Of a stretch of DNA of 64,000 bases, positions 31,905 through 44,908 are shown piece by piece. The notes below the pieces were generated by a model, which saw only the letters and a program-made list of their open reading frames with translations, was not told the origin of the DNA and searched no databases. Origin of the DNA: Salisapilia sapeloensis CBS 127946 (lineage: Eukaryota > Protista > Oomycota); contig JAADVB010000012.1 in NCBI GenBank assembly GCA_023334545.1, positions 78,416 to 142,415 on the forward strand. Direction: 5' to 3'. Position 1 is the first letter of the stretch, and the number at the start of each line of letters is the position of its first letter. A program made the translations under genes and the position numbers.

Positions 31905-33622
31905 ATGAGCGAAGGCGATTTCCCATTAAAACACACCTCTTTCCTCGGTACATCCGTGACGTACATTTGTCAGAATGTCAATGGTCCTTGTCCGTTGCTA
32001 GCTATTGCGAACGTCCTGCTGCTTCGACAGCATATTCGCCTGCCGCAGTCTGCGTTAGACAGTGGCAGTATCTCCTCCACACAGCTCATGCAAGCTGTCC
32101 TTGAGAGACTAGAAGCAGCGAATCAACCTGTACGACACTAGTATTCCGTCCTACGCGTGTATGTGTATCTGATTATGCGATTGATATAGCGAGCGGATGC
32201 AGAAGAGTTGGAAAAACTGACACAGGAGAAGACTTTACAGGATGTAAAAGACCTGCTTCCGAGTCTATTGGTTGGCCTAGATGTCAATGTTCGCTTCCGA
32301 AAGTAGGAATTCTAGTTTATACGTAGTCAATAAGAAGTGCTCATGGAAGCTCATGTGATAGAACCTCCGACTTTGAGTATACGGTCGCATGTGCCATCTT
32401 TGACATGTTGGATATCATCCTCGTGCATGGATGGCTTGTGGATCCGCAAGACACCACTACTTCCAATGTCGTCGGAAGCCGATCCTACAATGAGCTCGTC
32501 GAGAGACTAATGGACTACCGAGGAATCCTCATGACCGAATCGAAATCAGAAGCTTCTTCATCAGCCAATGCCTCAACTCCCGTCACTGAAGCTACCGAAG
32601 ACGACAAAGCCGACAAAGTTGAAGAAAAAGCTCCAGCCACCACGCCGTTGCTTCCTCCGTTGTCCATCAAAACCTCACCGGATGTGGTTGGATCCGTGGA
32701 ACAGGAAATTACCCCACAGACATCTGTCAGTCCGTCCAAGCAAACGATAGATTCATTAAAGCAAGAGCGCCAGTTAAACGACTCGGACGCTCTTCAGACT
32801 GCAACGACGTTATTACAGGAAGGACCTGTGCTAGAGGACTTTTTCCACGACACAGCATCTCAGCTGACGTACACTGGTCTCATCCAACTGCATGAAGACG
32901 TGCGCGAACGTCAGCTGTGTGTTTTCTTTCGCAACAACCACTTTTCCTCTATCTTTAAATTTGACGGATCGTTATATCTTCTCGTGACGGACGTCGGGTA
33001 CTATGACGAGCCGTCGGTTGTGTGGGAGAAACTAAGTGAAATCCATGGAGACACGAGTTACTTTGACCAGGACTTTCGGCCGTTGAATGCTGCTGAGACG
33101 CGTCAACAGTCGATCCTGACGTCTCAGGAACATACAGCCGTGCCAGAGCCCACGGAGGAGGAGAAGGAAGCTCTGAAGGCACAGGAAGACGCAGACTTGG
33201 CTCTGGCCATGAAGTTGCAGGAAGAGGAGGATGGGCAATCGAATACGCAGACGTATGAGACGGTTGCCACTGACTCGAACGAAGTAGATGATGGGTATCA
33301 CAACCAACTTGCCGAAAAGAGTCAGCCAGCGGTTCGTAGCTACCGTGCGAGCTCGCAGACAAACCCAGGCGGCACTGCTACGGAACCTCCGGAAGAGCCG
33401 ATTAACATGAACAGTGATGGAGAGCTTGTGCTTAGTCAGGAAGACATTGAAGCGCAAAGACAGGCAGAAGCGTATTATGCGCAGAAGAGGCAGGATGAGC
33501 AAGATCAGCGAAGGTACCAGGAGCAGTTGGCGAGAGAGCTTCAACATCAGCAGCAAGCGCAGAGACAGCGGCAGGCGTCTCAGCCTCGCCAAAACTCTGG
33601 AAGCGACTGTAGTCTTATGTAG
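31905..33622 (+). CDS. MINDY1: MINDY-1/2 (FAM63) K48 deubiquitinase with C-terminal MIU-like motifs, 3 exons
   Basis: Contains QNVNGPCPLLAIAN, LDVNVRF, HGWLVDPQD, FFRNNHFS and EDADLALAMKLQEEE. Confidence 0.92.
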
Positions 33623-35053
33623 ATGCTTGTAGTGGACGCTTCTAACTTTGCAATGCATTATTTTAAACCAAGACGAAAATTTGTTCAAAAGGAGTTGATA
33701 AGTAGCTACGAACGGGGAAAGAAACTGAAAGTAACATTGTTCTGCATGGGCGGTAGGATCGTATCTTGTGTGTATGCTTCTAAATGTTCAATTCGACGTA
33801 CTAAAGAGACTCTTTCAGATGCTATGAAGTATAAGAGTTGACTTTTAGTTTACCTAGATGATTCTATAGCAACTGCATAGTAGTCTATACGATATAACGT
33901 TGCTCTTGTCTTGTGTTTGTTACCTTTCATGTAGATAGCTTCTTTCGTATCGCTGATTTCTTTTACATGCAAATTCGATTCATCTTTCTTTACTATATTC
34001 CAAATGTACAAGTTCCTTTGTCTTTGCTCTATAGCTGTTCCTACTTTTGATTCTCTAGCTTGCTATTAACATTTTCTGTATAATATAAGTGGGGCAGGTT
34101 TCCATCTAGTGCTTTAGTGCTTAAAGCAATTTGTAATTCCTCCTTCATTTACTACCTCTTGAAACCCTTCCTCTCGTACGTCACTGACAATTACATCGAC
34201 CAAGAAGTTATACAGAATACTTTAAGTCGGGAGATCGATGTCTGCGTCGGCTTTGAAGATATGAGAAAGTCAATAGCTGGTTAGATGAGAAAGTAGATGT
34301 TCGACGAGGGACGAGGTAAAACGAAAGACACATCATGAGGCACTTAAAATCACTTGCATTTCACCGATCGTGAGCTAGAGGGTACCCACTGTGTTCGCGC
34401 TGAACACCGATTCGGTATATTTTGGGATTCGCTTTTTTGTCATTCTATTCATGATAATCTAATTGAGCAATTCCACGTTCGCCGAGAATAGCCGATTTTG
34501 CTTCGCCACTTGGCACTTAACTCCTAACGTAGCACTTCAATATAGCTTTCCAATCAAGAAAGAAGTGCAAGAGCAAGTGATCGTTCGTCTTTGATGCAAT
34601 CAGGAGAAAACCATCCTCGAGAAGACTTCAAGGCACGCCTGGTGCTCGAAATGTGCACATTTGAAAAAACGCGCGAAAGACTCGATGAGCTTTTCGCTAT
34701 TATTTCGGAACAGGCGTAGTACAGTGCCGAACGAAATAATTGAGCGATATTTATGACGCAAACGGTATTCCGTCCCACTAAAATGGCGAAGAGCTTAATA
34801 GCGCAAATAAAGCGAATGCAACTTCAACCTGAATTACTTAGACGAGAAACCACGGTGCGCTCGATACTATCTCCCGTCAAAACATGATAGAGGAACGGAA
34901 GATATAGGTGGATAGGCCTGGAAAGGTGAATGGCGGTGTAAGAATAGGGAGAGCCGCCAAATACTTAGGCATTCCTTCCTATGGCAATACATCCATGCTT
35001 ATTTTCATGATAATCGGTAATCCGATCAATGAACACGGCCTGAATTTTGTTCT

Positions 35054-35066
35054 TATATATATATAT
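35054..35066. repeat. (TA)n microsatellite
   Basis: TATATATATATAT in the MINDY/AGC-kinase gap. Confidence 0.7.
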
Positions 35067-35409
35067 CAATATGCTAGAACCGGGTAATTACACAAATTAT
35101 TCAAGTTGCAGATAATGATAGAGGGACCCAGCACAAGTAGAAAGTCCATCCAGATGCTATTACCACAATCTAACTAGGATGTATGTTTTTATTCCCTATT
35201 TTCGACCAAGTAGGTAGCGTACATTATACTACTATCTCGCCTATTTCCATGTAGCATGGAAGAATACGCTCATGGACCTCTTATGTGATTTAATTTCATC
35301 ACTTCATCCTTTTGATGTTATTTTAAGCAAAGGAAGGCAAGCTCGATTAATCATTCATTCATATCAAATTCATTAGATCTTATTCACCTTTCCCCGATTT
35401 GACATCGCT

Positions 35410-36960
35410 TTATACTAACAACTCTACTTGCGTCATCTCCAATGGCTGTTCATCCGATATAACGCTAGCATCGGTTACTACAGTCTCCGATAAACTAACT
35501 GATAGGTTGTCAGTTGTCATTGACGGGCAAACGTAGTCAAAGCCAGCAAAGTCTCGGTCCGCATCGACGCTGGGTGCGACAAAATGTAGCTTATGCGGCA
35601 TACTAGTAAACTGTTCGTCAAAGTTGGCCACCAAATGGTTCGTTGTCGATGCTGGCATAATAGGAGCGGGAACCTGCTTCGATAGCATTTGATCCCACTT
35701 TACACCAGCAAAGAACGGATGCTCCTTCACTTCCTTGGAACCATCATAGAAACCCAGACGCTCTTCTTGCTTCTTACATAGCAATCCCTGGATCAAGTGC
35801 TTCAGCTCTCGCGAAAAGTCTCCGGGGAATTGCAATGGCTGATAGACAATGCGATGGTGTGTGGCACGTTGAGAAGAGTTCGATGCGTAGAATGGAGGGT
35901 AACCGGTCTTAAGTTCATACAGCAGACAGCCTAGCTGCCAAAAGTCAACGGCAAGACCGTGACCGGCTCTGAAGCGTCCAGCCATCTCTGGTGGAAGATA
36001 CGCGTCGGTACCTACCAAGGAAAACGATCTGCCCGTCCTTGATGGCAGCTTCTTAGCAAGACCCAGATCACCAAGTTTAAGATGTCCATCCGCCGTGAGC
36101 AAGATATTCTCGGGTTTCATATCGCGGTAGACAATGTTCATCGAATGAAGATGCTCGATAGCTAGAAGGATTTCTGCCGCGTAGAATTGGATAGAAGATT
36201 CTGGTAGTGTGCCGCCATGGCGCTGTAGCTGAAGAAAAAGATCTCCTCCGGCCATGAACTTGGACACAAGTAGTACGGAGTCGCCACGAACAGCAGCAAA
36301 GTCGAGACCGAGGACAAATGGATGATTTCCGACCATTTGCATGACACTGCGCTCGGCAAACAATACCCGCGAGTTAACTTTCTTGATGCTCATCTCCTTG
36401 ACCGCGTACAGTTCTTCGTCCTTGGTGCACTTTTGTGTCTGATACCGAGATAACAGCACGCGTCCATAATGTCCTTGACCGAGTGTGCACAAAGTTTCCA
36501 ACTTGTCGACATTGAAGGATATGTGGCGAGCTGCGAGAGAAGCTTGGTACACAAACCTCGACCTCTCTTTCTCGGATTCAGTCACAAACATGATCGGCTT
36601 GGCGTCCGACGGAGTGACCGTGAAGATGTAACCGAGGACCGAGCCGTCATGAACAACCTGGACACTAGCTTGTGCCAAGTCAATGTATTCAAAGCTTGCC
36701 TGACTACCTGTAACAAGCTCCAAATCATTATCCACTGTGCTCTCTTCGCTCTCAGTGCTCGAGTTACTAGCAGCACGCGACCGTAGTCGACAAGTTATAA
36801 GAAAGTTGGACTTGATCATAATCTTGTAGGATGCCCATAGATGTGTAATGCGCCGTCGCTTCTTAAGCACTAGCTCAATGGAAGAAGGCAGGGATAGAAT
36901 GAAAGCTTTGGCTTTATCAGTTGGTCCAACTTCCCGCCGTCCAAACACTTGCAGTCCCAT
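35410..36960 (-). CDS. AGC-family Ser/Thr kinase with probable PH-like N-terminal domain, intronless
   Basis: Contains GQGHYGRV, YAVK, YRDMKPEN, DLG, VGTDAYLPPE, HPFF..W, NFDEQFT and hydrophobic motif FAGFDY. Confidence 0.9.
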   Translation of the reverse strand: MGLQVFGRREVGPTDKAKAFILSLPSSIELVLKKRRRITHLWASYKIMIKSNFLITCRLRSRAASNSSTESEESTVDNDLELVTGSQASFEYIDLAQASVQVVHDGSVLGYIFTVTPSDAKPIMFVTESEKERSRFVYQASLAARHISFNVDKLETLCTLGQGHYGRVLLSRYQTQKCTKDEELYAVKEMSIKKVNSRVLFAERSVMQMVGNHPFVLGLDFAAVRGDSVLLVSKFMAGGDLFLQLQRHGGTLPESSIQFYAAEILLAIEHLHSMNIVYRDMKPENILLTADGHLKLGDLGLAKKLPSRTGRSFSLVGTDAYLPPEMAGRFRAGHGLAVDFWQLGCLLYELKTGYPPFYASNSSQRATHHRIVYQPLQFPGDFSRELKHLIQGLLCKKQEERLGFYDGSKEVKEHPFFAGVKWDQMLSKQVPAPIMPASTTNHLVANFDEQFTSMPHKLHFVAPSVDADRDFAGFDYVCPSMTTDNLSVSLSETVVTDASVISDEQPLEMTQVELLV

Positions 36961-37289
36961 CTTGAATAGGTTCTTGTGGTGAAACGAGAAGATTCAAGAA
37001 TGGACTTGAGCAAGAGCTAGGTGGCGGTCGTCTAAAACCGGAGTGCACCTTTGGGACAACGTCGTGAGGATGATAGCATCGGTCGTAACCAGTAGAAAGC
37101 AGCTAGGTAGTCAGTACGACTATAAATAGTCATATCGATGGAAGGAACAAGATGTGACGTTAATGCAAGCCACTATACTGCTCGTCTAGAGGTGTCCTGA
37201 TCCAACCAGACAGAAGTTGCGACTTGAAAGAAAACTGTCAAGACCGTTTGACCAGATTGAAAGATGAAAGGTTTATTGTCCCGTCGCAT

Positions 37290-38706
37290 CTACTGTCCAT
37301 CCTTCTTCTCCTCGTCCTTCTTATCGTCTTTCTTATCTTCTTCCTTCTTGTTCATCTGCGCCATGGCGGCCTTGATCTTCGGGTCATTTGGATCGACACC
37401 AGGCAATCCCGACAGCAAATTGTTCACAAAAGACGGATCCATGAACGGTTGATTGGAAGCTTGAGACGGAGCAGGTGGTGGGTTGCTTTCGTCCCGCTCT
37501 TGCGCAGCCTCCGGTTCAGGCGCAGGCGCCGCTTCCTTGGACTCGGCAGTGGCTGGCGCTGCCTCACCACTCTTATCTTCCCCATCCTTCTTCTGCGCAG
37601 CTTCCTGACGAGCACGCTCCTCTTCCATGGATACACGCAGTGCGAGTGCCAGCTCCGGGTCGGCGTTAGGATCGATGCCTCCGTACTCGGAGAAGTCGTT
37701 GCCGCCGCTGGAAGCAGCTCCAGTATCTCCTCCACTTGCAGGACCACCCCCATCTTCACCCTGGACAACAGGAGACGACATGAGGACATCGGATGGGAGC
37801 ACACCTGCAGGCACTGACACCAAGTGACTGTATGAAATGGTCAGCGAGATAGCGGGAAGATAGATTAGAGATGTTGGTACCTGTTTCCACTGCTGTTGGC
37901 GGCTTCGACAAAGGCCTGAAGCTTCGCACCGTTGGCTTCCAAGTCGCCCATGCTGACGACGTCGACTGCGATCTATAGTGACGTTAGCCTTGTATTCATG
38001 TAATGACAGGAGGTTTATGTACATTGTTCTTTTTCAGGAGTTTGCCGATTTTAGTCAGTTGTCGTTCATCCTCTTGAATCGGAGAGCCGATGAATACGAC
38101 TACACGCTGTGCACCTGTGTATATACTTAATACAATAGTTGCATATGGATGTTTTTTTCATTCGTACCTGTCTTTTGACGACGGTGCTTCAAAGCGAGTT
38201 GCGCGACCTGGAGAGCGTTGGAGAATTTGACATTGCCATCGATGCGGACGGTGTGGATGGCATGGAGAAGCTTGCCCATGTCTTCTGTTGGAGAAGCCAA
38301 GACTTTGACACTAGAGTATCGAGAAAAGATGGTAGGTATTAGTATCAAGAGACTAGAAATGGAGAATATAGCGATACTGGATCGTATCGTAGGACGAGAA
38401 TGTACCTTTTGCCGGCCATGGTGAGGACACCAACCGTGCTTTCAGGGTTGGCCTGGGTCTTTGTGCCACACAAGAGGTTGGCAGCATCGTGCTGAGCTTC
38501 CAATCTGGATGGAATGTAATCTCCATCACGCATCCATTCCGAATTGTCTAAACTACAGACCATACATCAGTCCTGTTGTTCATCCACACAACTTCCATAT
38601 TAATATAAATAGATCCATGTACAGCATATACATTGGAGGTATAGCTCATGCAAGTATATAATGCGTATAGAGGTACCTACCAGATAATCGTCGACTCGAG
38701 AGGCAT
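37290..38706 (-). CDS. RPN10: 26S proteasome ubiquitin receptor RPN10/PSMD4, multi-exon
   Basis: Contains [37 protein letters not shown], the [17 protein letters not shown] and LPGVDPND. Confidence 0.95.
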
Positions 38707-38869
38707 CGTAAGTAGACTTTTTCTCGACTTTAATTTTGCTTTCGTAGGATCTCCCAGGAATATGTTATAAAAGACTATTCTTAGAATAGTAGCGACATTT
38801 AAACAGCAGTAGTGTAAGTTATATTATGGATCAGACAATCTCGCTGACAACGAATTGTGAAAACGAAGA

Positions 38870-40662
38870 ATGGACGATAAGGACGCGAAAGCACAGGCTT
38901 TTGTGCATCGCTTGTTGGATTTTGCCAATACGGATCAGTTCTACAAGTTCATACAAGAACACTCTATTAACTTTGACCAACAGAATGAACAGGGATGGAC
39001 GCTACTCTTGTCAGCTTGTGTCAAACGTACGAAATCGTAGTATTTGTTCGTCTATGATGGTCTTTTAACATCAGTATAGCTTCTAACGGCCCATGCTTGT
39101 ATCACAGGAAGATTCGATGTGATCGGGTACATTATGGACAATACGACGAAGGTCGACTGCCGTCTCATGCCAAATCATATGACCGTCCTCCACCTTGCTA
39201 TCATCGCTGCCAACGTACATGCCCACCATAACCTTTATCAGCACTTTTACTAATATATTAAATATACAGGGCGACATGCTAGATAGTAGAGCAATGGTAG
39301 ATGAAATGATCGCCACTCCAGCGCGTTTGGACAAGCTGCGGTCCATTGTGAACGTGCCCAATGCCAACAAGGATACACGTAGACAAGTTTCTTTGCCTCC
39401 TACACTCCATTAAGCTAACAAGTTTCTGTTGCATAGCATTGATGATGGCATGTGTGGTCAAGGATGATGACGTAGTACGAAAGCTTTTGTATGAGCTACA
39501 CGCCGATGTGATAGCTAAAAACGCTGCAGGAATGACTGCACTCATGTGCGCTGCTCGTCTTCCGTCCGGGGAAGAGTATAAAGACGAAGCTGATCGATCT
39601 GAATCCGAATCCAGCAGTGTTGCTATACTAGAAGCTTTGACAGAAACGGCGGCAGACGACAACGTCAAGATCCAAGAGTTAGTGGATAGTCAAGATTATG
39701 GCCAAGGCAACACGGCTCTACACCTTGCAGTCATGAGCAACAATCTTTCAGGCGTTCGGTACCTGTTACAAGGAAGCTCCAGAGCTTCATTTAGTGCTGA
39801 CGTATCAATCCAGAATAAATTCAAGCAGACACCGTTGGATGTCGCACGTGCACTCGAAGGGCAGATCGATGCTGCTATTATCCAGTTATTACAAGAGCAA
39901 TGGGAAGAAAATACAGCAAAGGCACTTAAAGCGCTATCGGAATTAGAAACGACTGAAGACAAAAAGCAGACAAGTGCCGCTGTATCTCGAAAGGGGTATC
40001 AACGACGAAAGCAGAAGAAGAAGAAACGTACAAAGAATTCGACAGAGACGACACAGAAAAGAGACACAACGGATGATTCATGTCATAGCAATAGTACACA
40101 CGAAGAAGTAGCTGGAGTGTTCGTTCCAAATGCTGAAAGTAGTCAGTCGGCACAGAAAGATGCATCTCAGCCGTACGAACAAAAGCACAGAGAAGAAGAG
40201 ACTAAGGCAGCTATGTCAGAGCAACACGAAGGTGGCACCTTGGATGTGGAGACTACCTCTCAAGACCAGACTGCAAGTGCTTCTAGGAGTTCCTCCCGTC
40301 TTGCGAGTGATAAAAGCCATACGTACGAGTCTTTACAGAGTCTGTTTGAAGCGATGGTCCCCATGGCGACAGAGTTAGAGATCGATGTTGATAAGTTCTT
40401 GATTACAAGACCCCATCCGAAATTCTCGGGTCAATCGTCCGGCTCAATCGATGACTTGAGTTTTTCTCAAGTCGACGCACTGCAGGAAGCTCATCTCCAA
40501 GCGTACCATTATTTGAATGAAAGAAAGGTACGTAATGAACGCTTACAATGTTTTAATAGTACTAAGCATATGTATTCATAGGTGGAATTAACGCGACAGT
40601 TGGAAGCACAGCGACTCCAGGCTGAATTGGAGCTACAATATCAACTGTTTCGGACGGAATGA
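38870..40662 (+). CDS. Ankyrin-repeat protein, 5 exons
   Basis: Spliced repeats QGWTLLLSAC, MTVLHLA, DTPLMMAC, GMTALMCAA, GNTALHLA and QTPLDVA; a KKKKK basic patch; last exon 40582-40662. Confidence 0.85.
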
Positions 40663-40676
40663 TACAAGAGCAGGAT

Positions 40677-41946
<1,270 letters not shown>

Positions 41947-42059
41947 TATACTTTAAGAGACGTCTACCACCAAGGCAGTTTCATGCGAGCCAAAACGAGT
42001 GATGTATCCAAGATCGTCTATTCCATTCCTAACTACTGCCCTATTGCTCCAAGACTCAA

Positions 42060-43235
42060 CTAGTTCTCGTCTTTACTCTTGTCACCAGTCACTTCAGAGA
42101 CATGTGTATGGAAGACAAGACCTCGGTATCGAGATTCCAAGTCCAGCATGACTTGCTCGAAACGAACACAAGTGGATGCACTAGGTGTCGATTCAAATAC
42201 GTTTTTCACTCCCTCTCCTTGTTTCTCCGATCCGACTTCCGTAAGGATACGACCAGGTAGTGTCGTCGTCGCTGGATCCAACAAGACAGGCAAGCCTCTC
42301 GCGATCGGATGGTAGAAACGAAGTCCATCGCCTGGCATACTTTCATCCGACTCGTTCGGATTGGCAAATAAAGCGAGATGAGGTTCGTACTCGAGAGCGC
42401 TAGGTGACATCTTGCCTACTTCATTCTCCGTGATGTACGGTGGGTTGGCTAAGATAACATCAAACTGCTGATACAGTCGATCGTCATCGATAGAGACGTA
42501 TGGTAAGTCCATGATGTCTTTCTCAATGAATTCTGAACGCAGTGACAGGTCGTGGGACCTAGCATTTCGACGAGCTACGTTCAGTGCATTAGCTGAAATG
42601 TCGATCCCGACGCCGGTGCTAAAGGGGAATTGAGCCAATGCAGCTAATAGAAGACATCCAGAGCCTGTGCCAATGTCTAGAATGCGCAATGGAGCTTGCT
42701 TCGGATATTTTTCCTAGTGCGCACGTGAGATAAGCGTGGTGGTATGTGGAAAAGGAAGATGAATGGCATACGACGAGCGTTTGGATGAGAATTTCGCTGT
42801 CGTTGCGTGGAATGAGTGTATCTTTCGTGACTTTAAAGTCCATCCCGTAGAACTCTTTGCTGCCTAAAACGTAGGCGAGTGGCTCTCCTTTGCATCGACG
42901 CTGGACAGCGTCGAGAAAGCGATTTCTTTCCTCTAATGTCAGCTATAAACTCATGAGTACATCGTTGGTAGACACGATACAAACATTTGATAGTAGCATA
43001 CATGTCGATCAAGATGTAGGATAACGTCGTGGCTGCTCTGGAGCCGGGGACGCAAAGCATGTGCCATCATGGCATTTGTCTCAATATCGCTGACATGAGC
43101 TGCTTGCAATTGCTGTCGATACGACTTTAGCAACTCACGACAAGTCGAATGAGTAGTGCGGCTATGCACATGGAAGTATGACTGAATAAACGGTCGATGC
43201 AGTCGACGTAGAGGTCGATGGAATACTCCAGCCAT
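42060..43235 (-). CDS. HEMK1: HemK/PrmC release-factor glutamine methyltransferase, probably mitochondrial, multi-exon
   Basis: Contains [25 protein letters not shown] and YEPHLALF; Arg-rich presequence. Confidence 0.9.
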
Positions 43236-43336
43236 GCGTGTTCTCAGGTGTCAACAGGTCGTGTTTTATATCCACTTCAGCTACTTCATGTAGATGGTAC
43301 ACGATTCGCTTGGACCAATCGACACAAGAACGCACT

Positions 43337-43573
43337 ATGTCGGTCTATGATGAGGTCGAGCTGGAGGACATGGAGTTTGACGACGAGGAGCAAGTCTACT
43401 ACTATCCCTGCCCATGTGGAGATAAGTTTTTCATCGAATTAGCAGACCTGTATGACGGTGAAGACATTGCCGAATGTCCGAGCTGTTCCCTAACGATTCG
43501 CGTGCTGTACGATGAAACTGGATTGCCAAAATTGAATGAAACGGATGATGAAGGGAGCGATTTAGAGGAGTAA
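43337..43573 (+). CDS. DPH3: Diphthamide biosynthesis protein 3 (CSL zinc finger)
   Basis: [37 protein letters not shown]. Confidence 0.96.
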   Translation: MSVYDEVELEDMEFDDEEQVYYYPCPCGDKFFIELADLYDGEDIAECPSCSLTIRVLYDETGLPKLNETDDEGSDLEE

Positions 43574-43912
43574 TATGTCCTTTCATCGCCACATCCTACA
43601 AATGTAAGCGACGCTGGAAAACCATGGACGTACATTGCCCATCACTACACATCAAGACAGAGAACAAAAACAGCAAAGGAAACCTTTATCACATGTTCCC
43701 CAAGAATGGAAGACGGGAGCTAGAATAGCATCGTCAATAGCAATCAAATACATGAATAAACTCTACTTCACCTCAGCATTCCATGTCCATTTCGCTTCAA
43801 AAGCCTTTCAAGATCATGTACATACTAGCTCCGTCTCATATTACACTTGATTAAAGTATATAAATCGCTTTAAGCGGAAGACCGCACAAAGGACCACCAA
43901 AATCAAACCAAA

Positions 43913-44295
43913 ATGAGCGAAGGAGAGGTCGTAGCACGTGATCCGCGTTTGCCTCGGTACCCGGTCATCGCGAAGGATCCGGAGTGGAATGACATTCGTG
44001 GCAACTATAGCGGCTCGGACTACATGAAGTGGTGGGGCACCACCGCTGTGTCGCTTCCCACGGGCTATGTTTTCGGTACACACAAAGCTATAGAGTTTGC
44101 CTTTTTAAATTATACTGACATTGTATTGTAGGCATGCGATTAGCACCACGTGTGGCTGTTCCATCGATGGTGGTGACGGGCTTCCTGGGCGCCGTCGGTG
44201 GCTACCTGTGGGCGTTCCAGTCCTCGTCGTTCCGACTACAGGGATTCGCGCCCAACGACCGTGAGGTTCGCAAGTACATCCCAGCTGACGAATAA
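43913..44295 (+). CDS. NUXM: Complex I 20.9 kDa (NUXM) family protein, paralog B; intron 44076-44131
   Basis: YPVIAKDP..SDY..GYVFG/M..PSMVVTGFLGAVGGYLWAFQSSSFRLQGFAPNDREV. Confidence 0.88.
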
Positions 44296-44908
44296 GCCGG
44301 AATGTGTATTGTAGAGCAGTCTTGTCTTTCGGCTAAAGAGCAAGGGCATGGAACGAAACGTCGACAGAGAATTGATACCTCAAAGTCTCTTTATCTTTGT
44401 TTCTCTCTTACTTGTTTGCAGTTTACTACGTATGTATATAAATACATTATACAGATATAGATAAAGTCTCACTGGGTACAGACAAGTACTCCCATCATGC
44501 ACGCAGATCACTAGAGCTAGATACTCAAACGACCAATATAGCAAATAAATAGAGCTTAGAAAGCTAGTTATGGAGATCAATATACTCTCAACCACCAGTT
44601 CTAACACATATTATCTACCAGACGTTTGCATTCGGTGTATACAATAGGTACTAGCAACTTTGGCAAAGCCATCTTGCTAGCACATGAATTCAGTACCAAC
44701 ATACCCATCTACCGACTAAAAGTTATGTTTTACAGTAAAATTAACAAATGCGACTGTACCAATACCATCAAATCGTCCAAGTGTAGTATTTGTACATATA
44801 GAGCATACGTAAAAGCAGTACTTTAATCGGTTGGCCTACAGCCCAAAGCTTTTCACCACCCGACTCCATTCATCAAATCTCCCAGCAGACCTCGTTTTTT
44901 CATCGACT

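Noticed and set aside
35140-35147. GAAAGTCC resembling RNase P/MRP conserved region I
   Set aside because: No matching CR-V segment to form P4 was found nearby.
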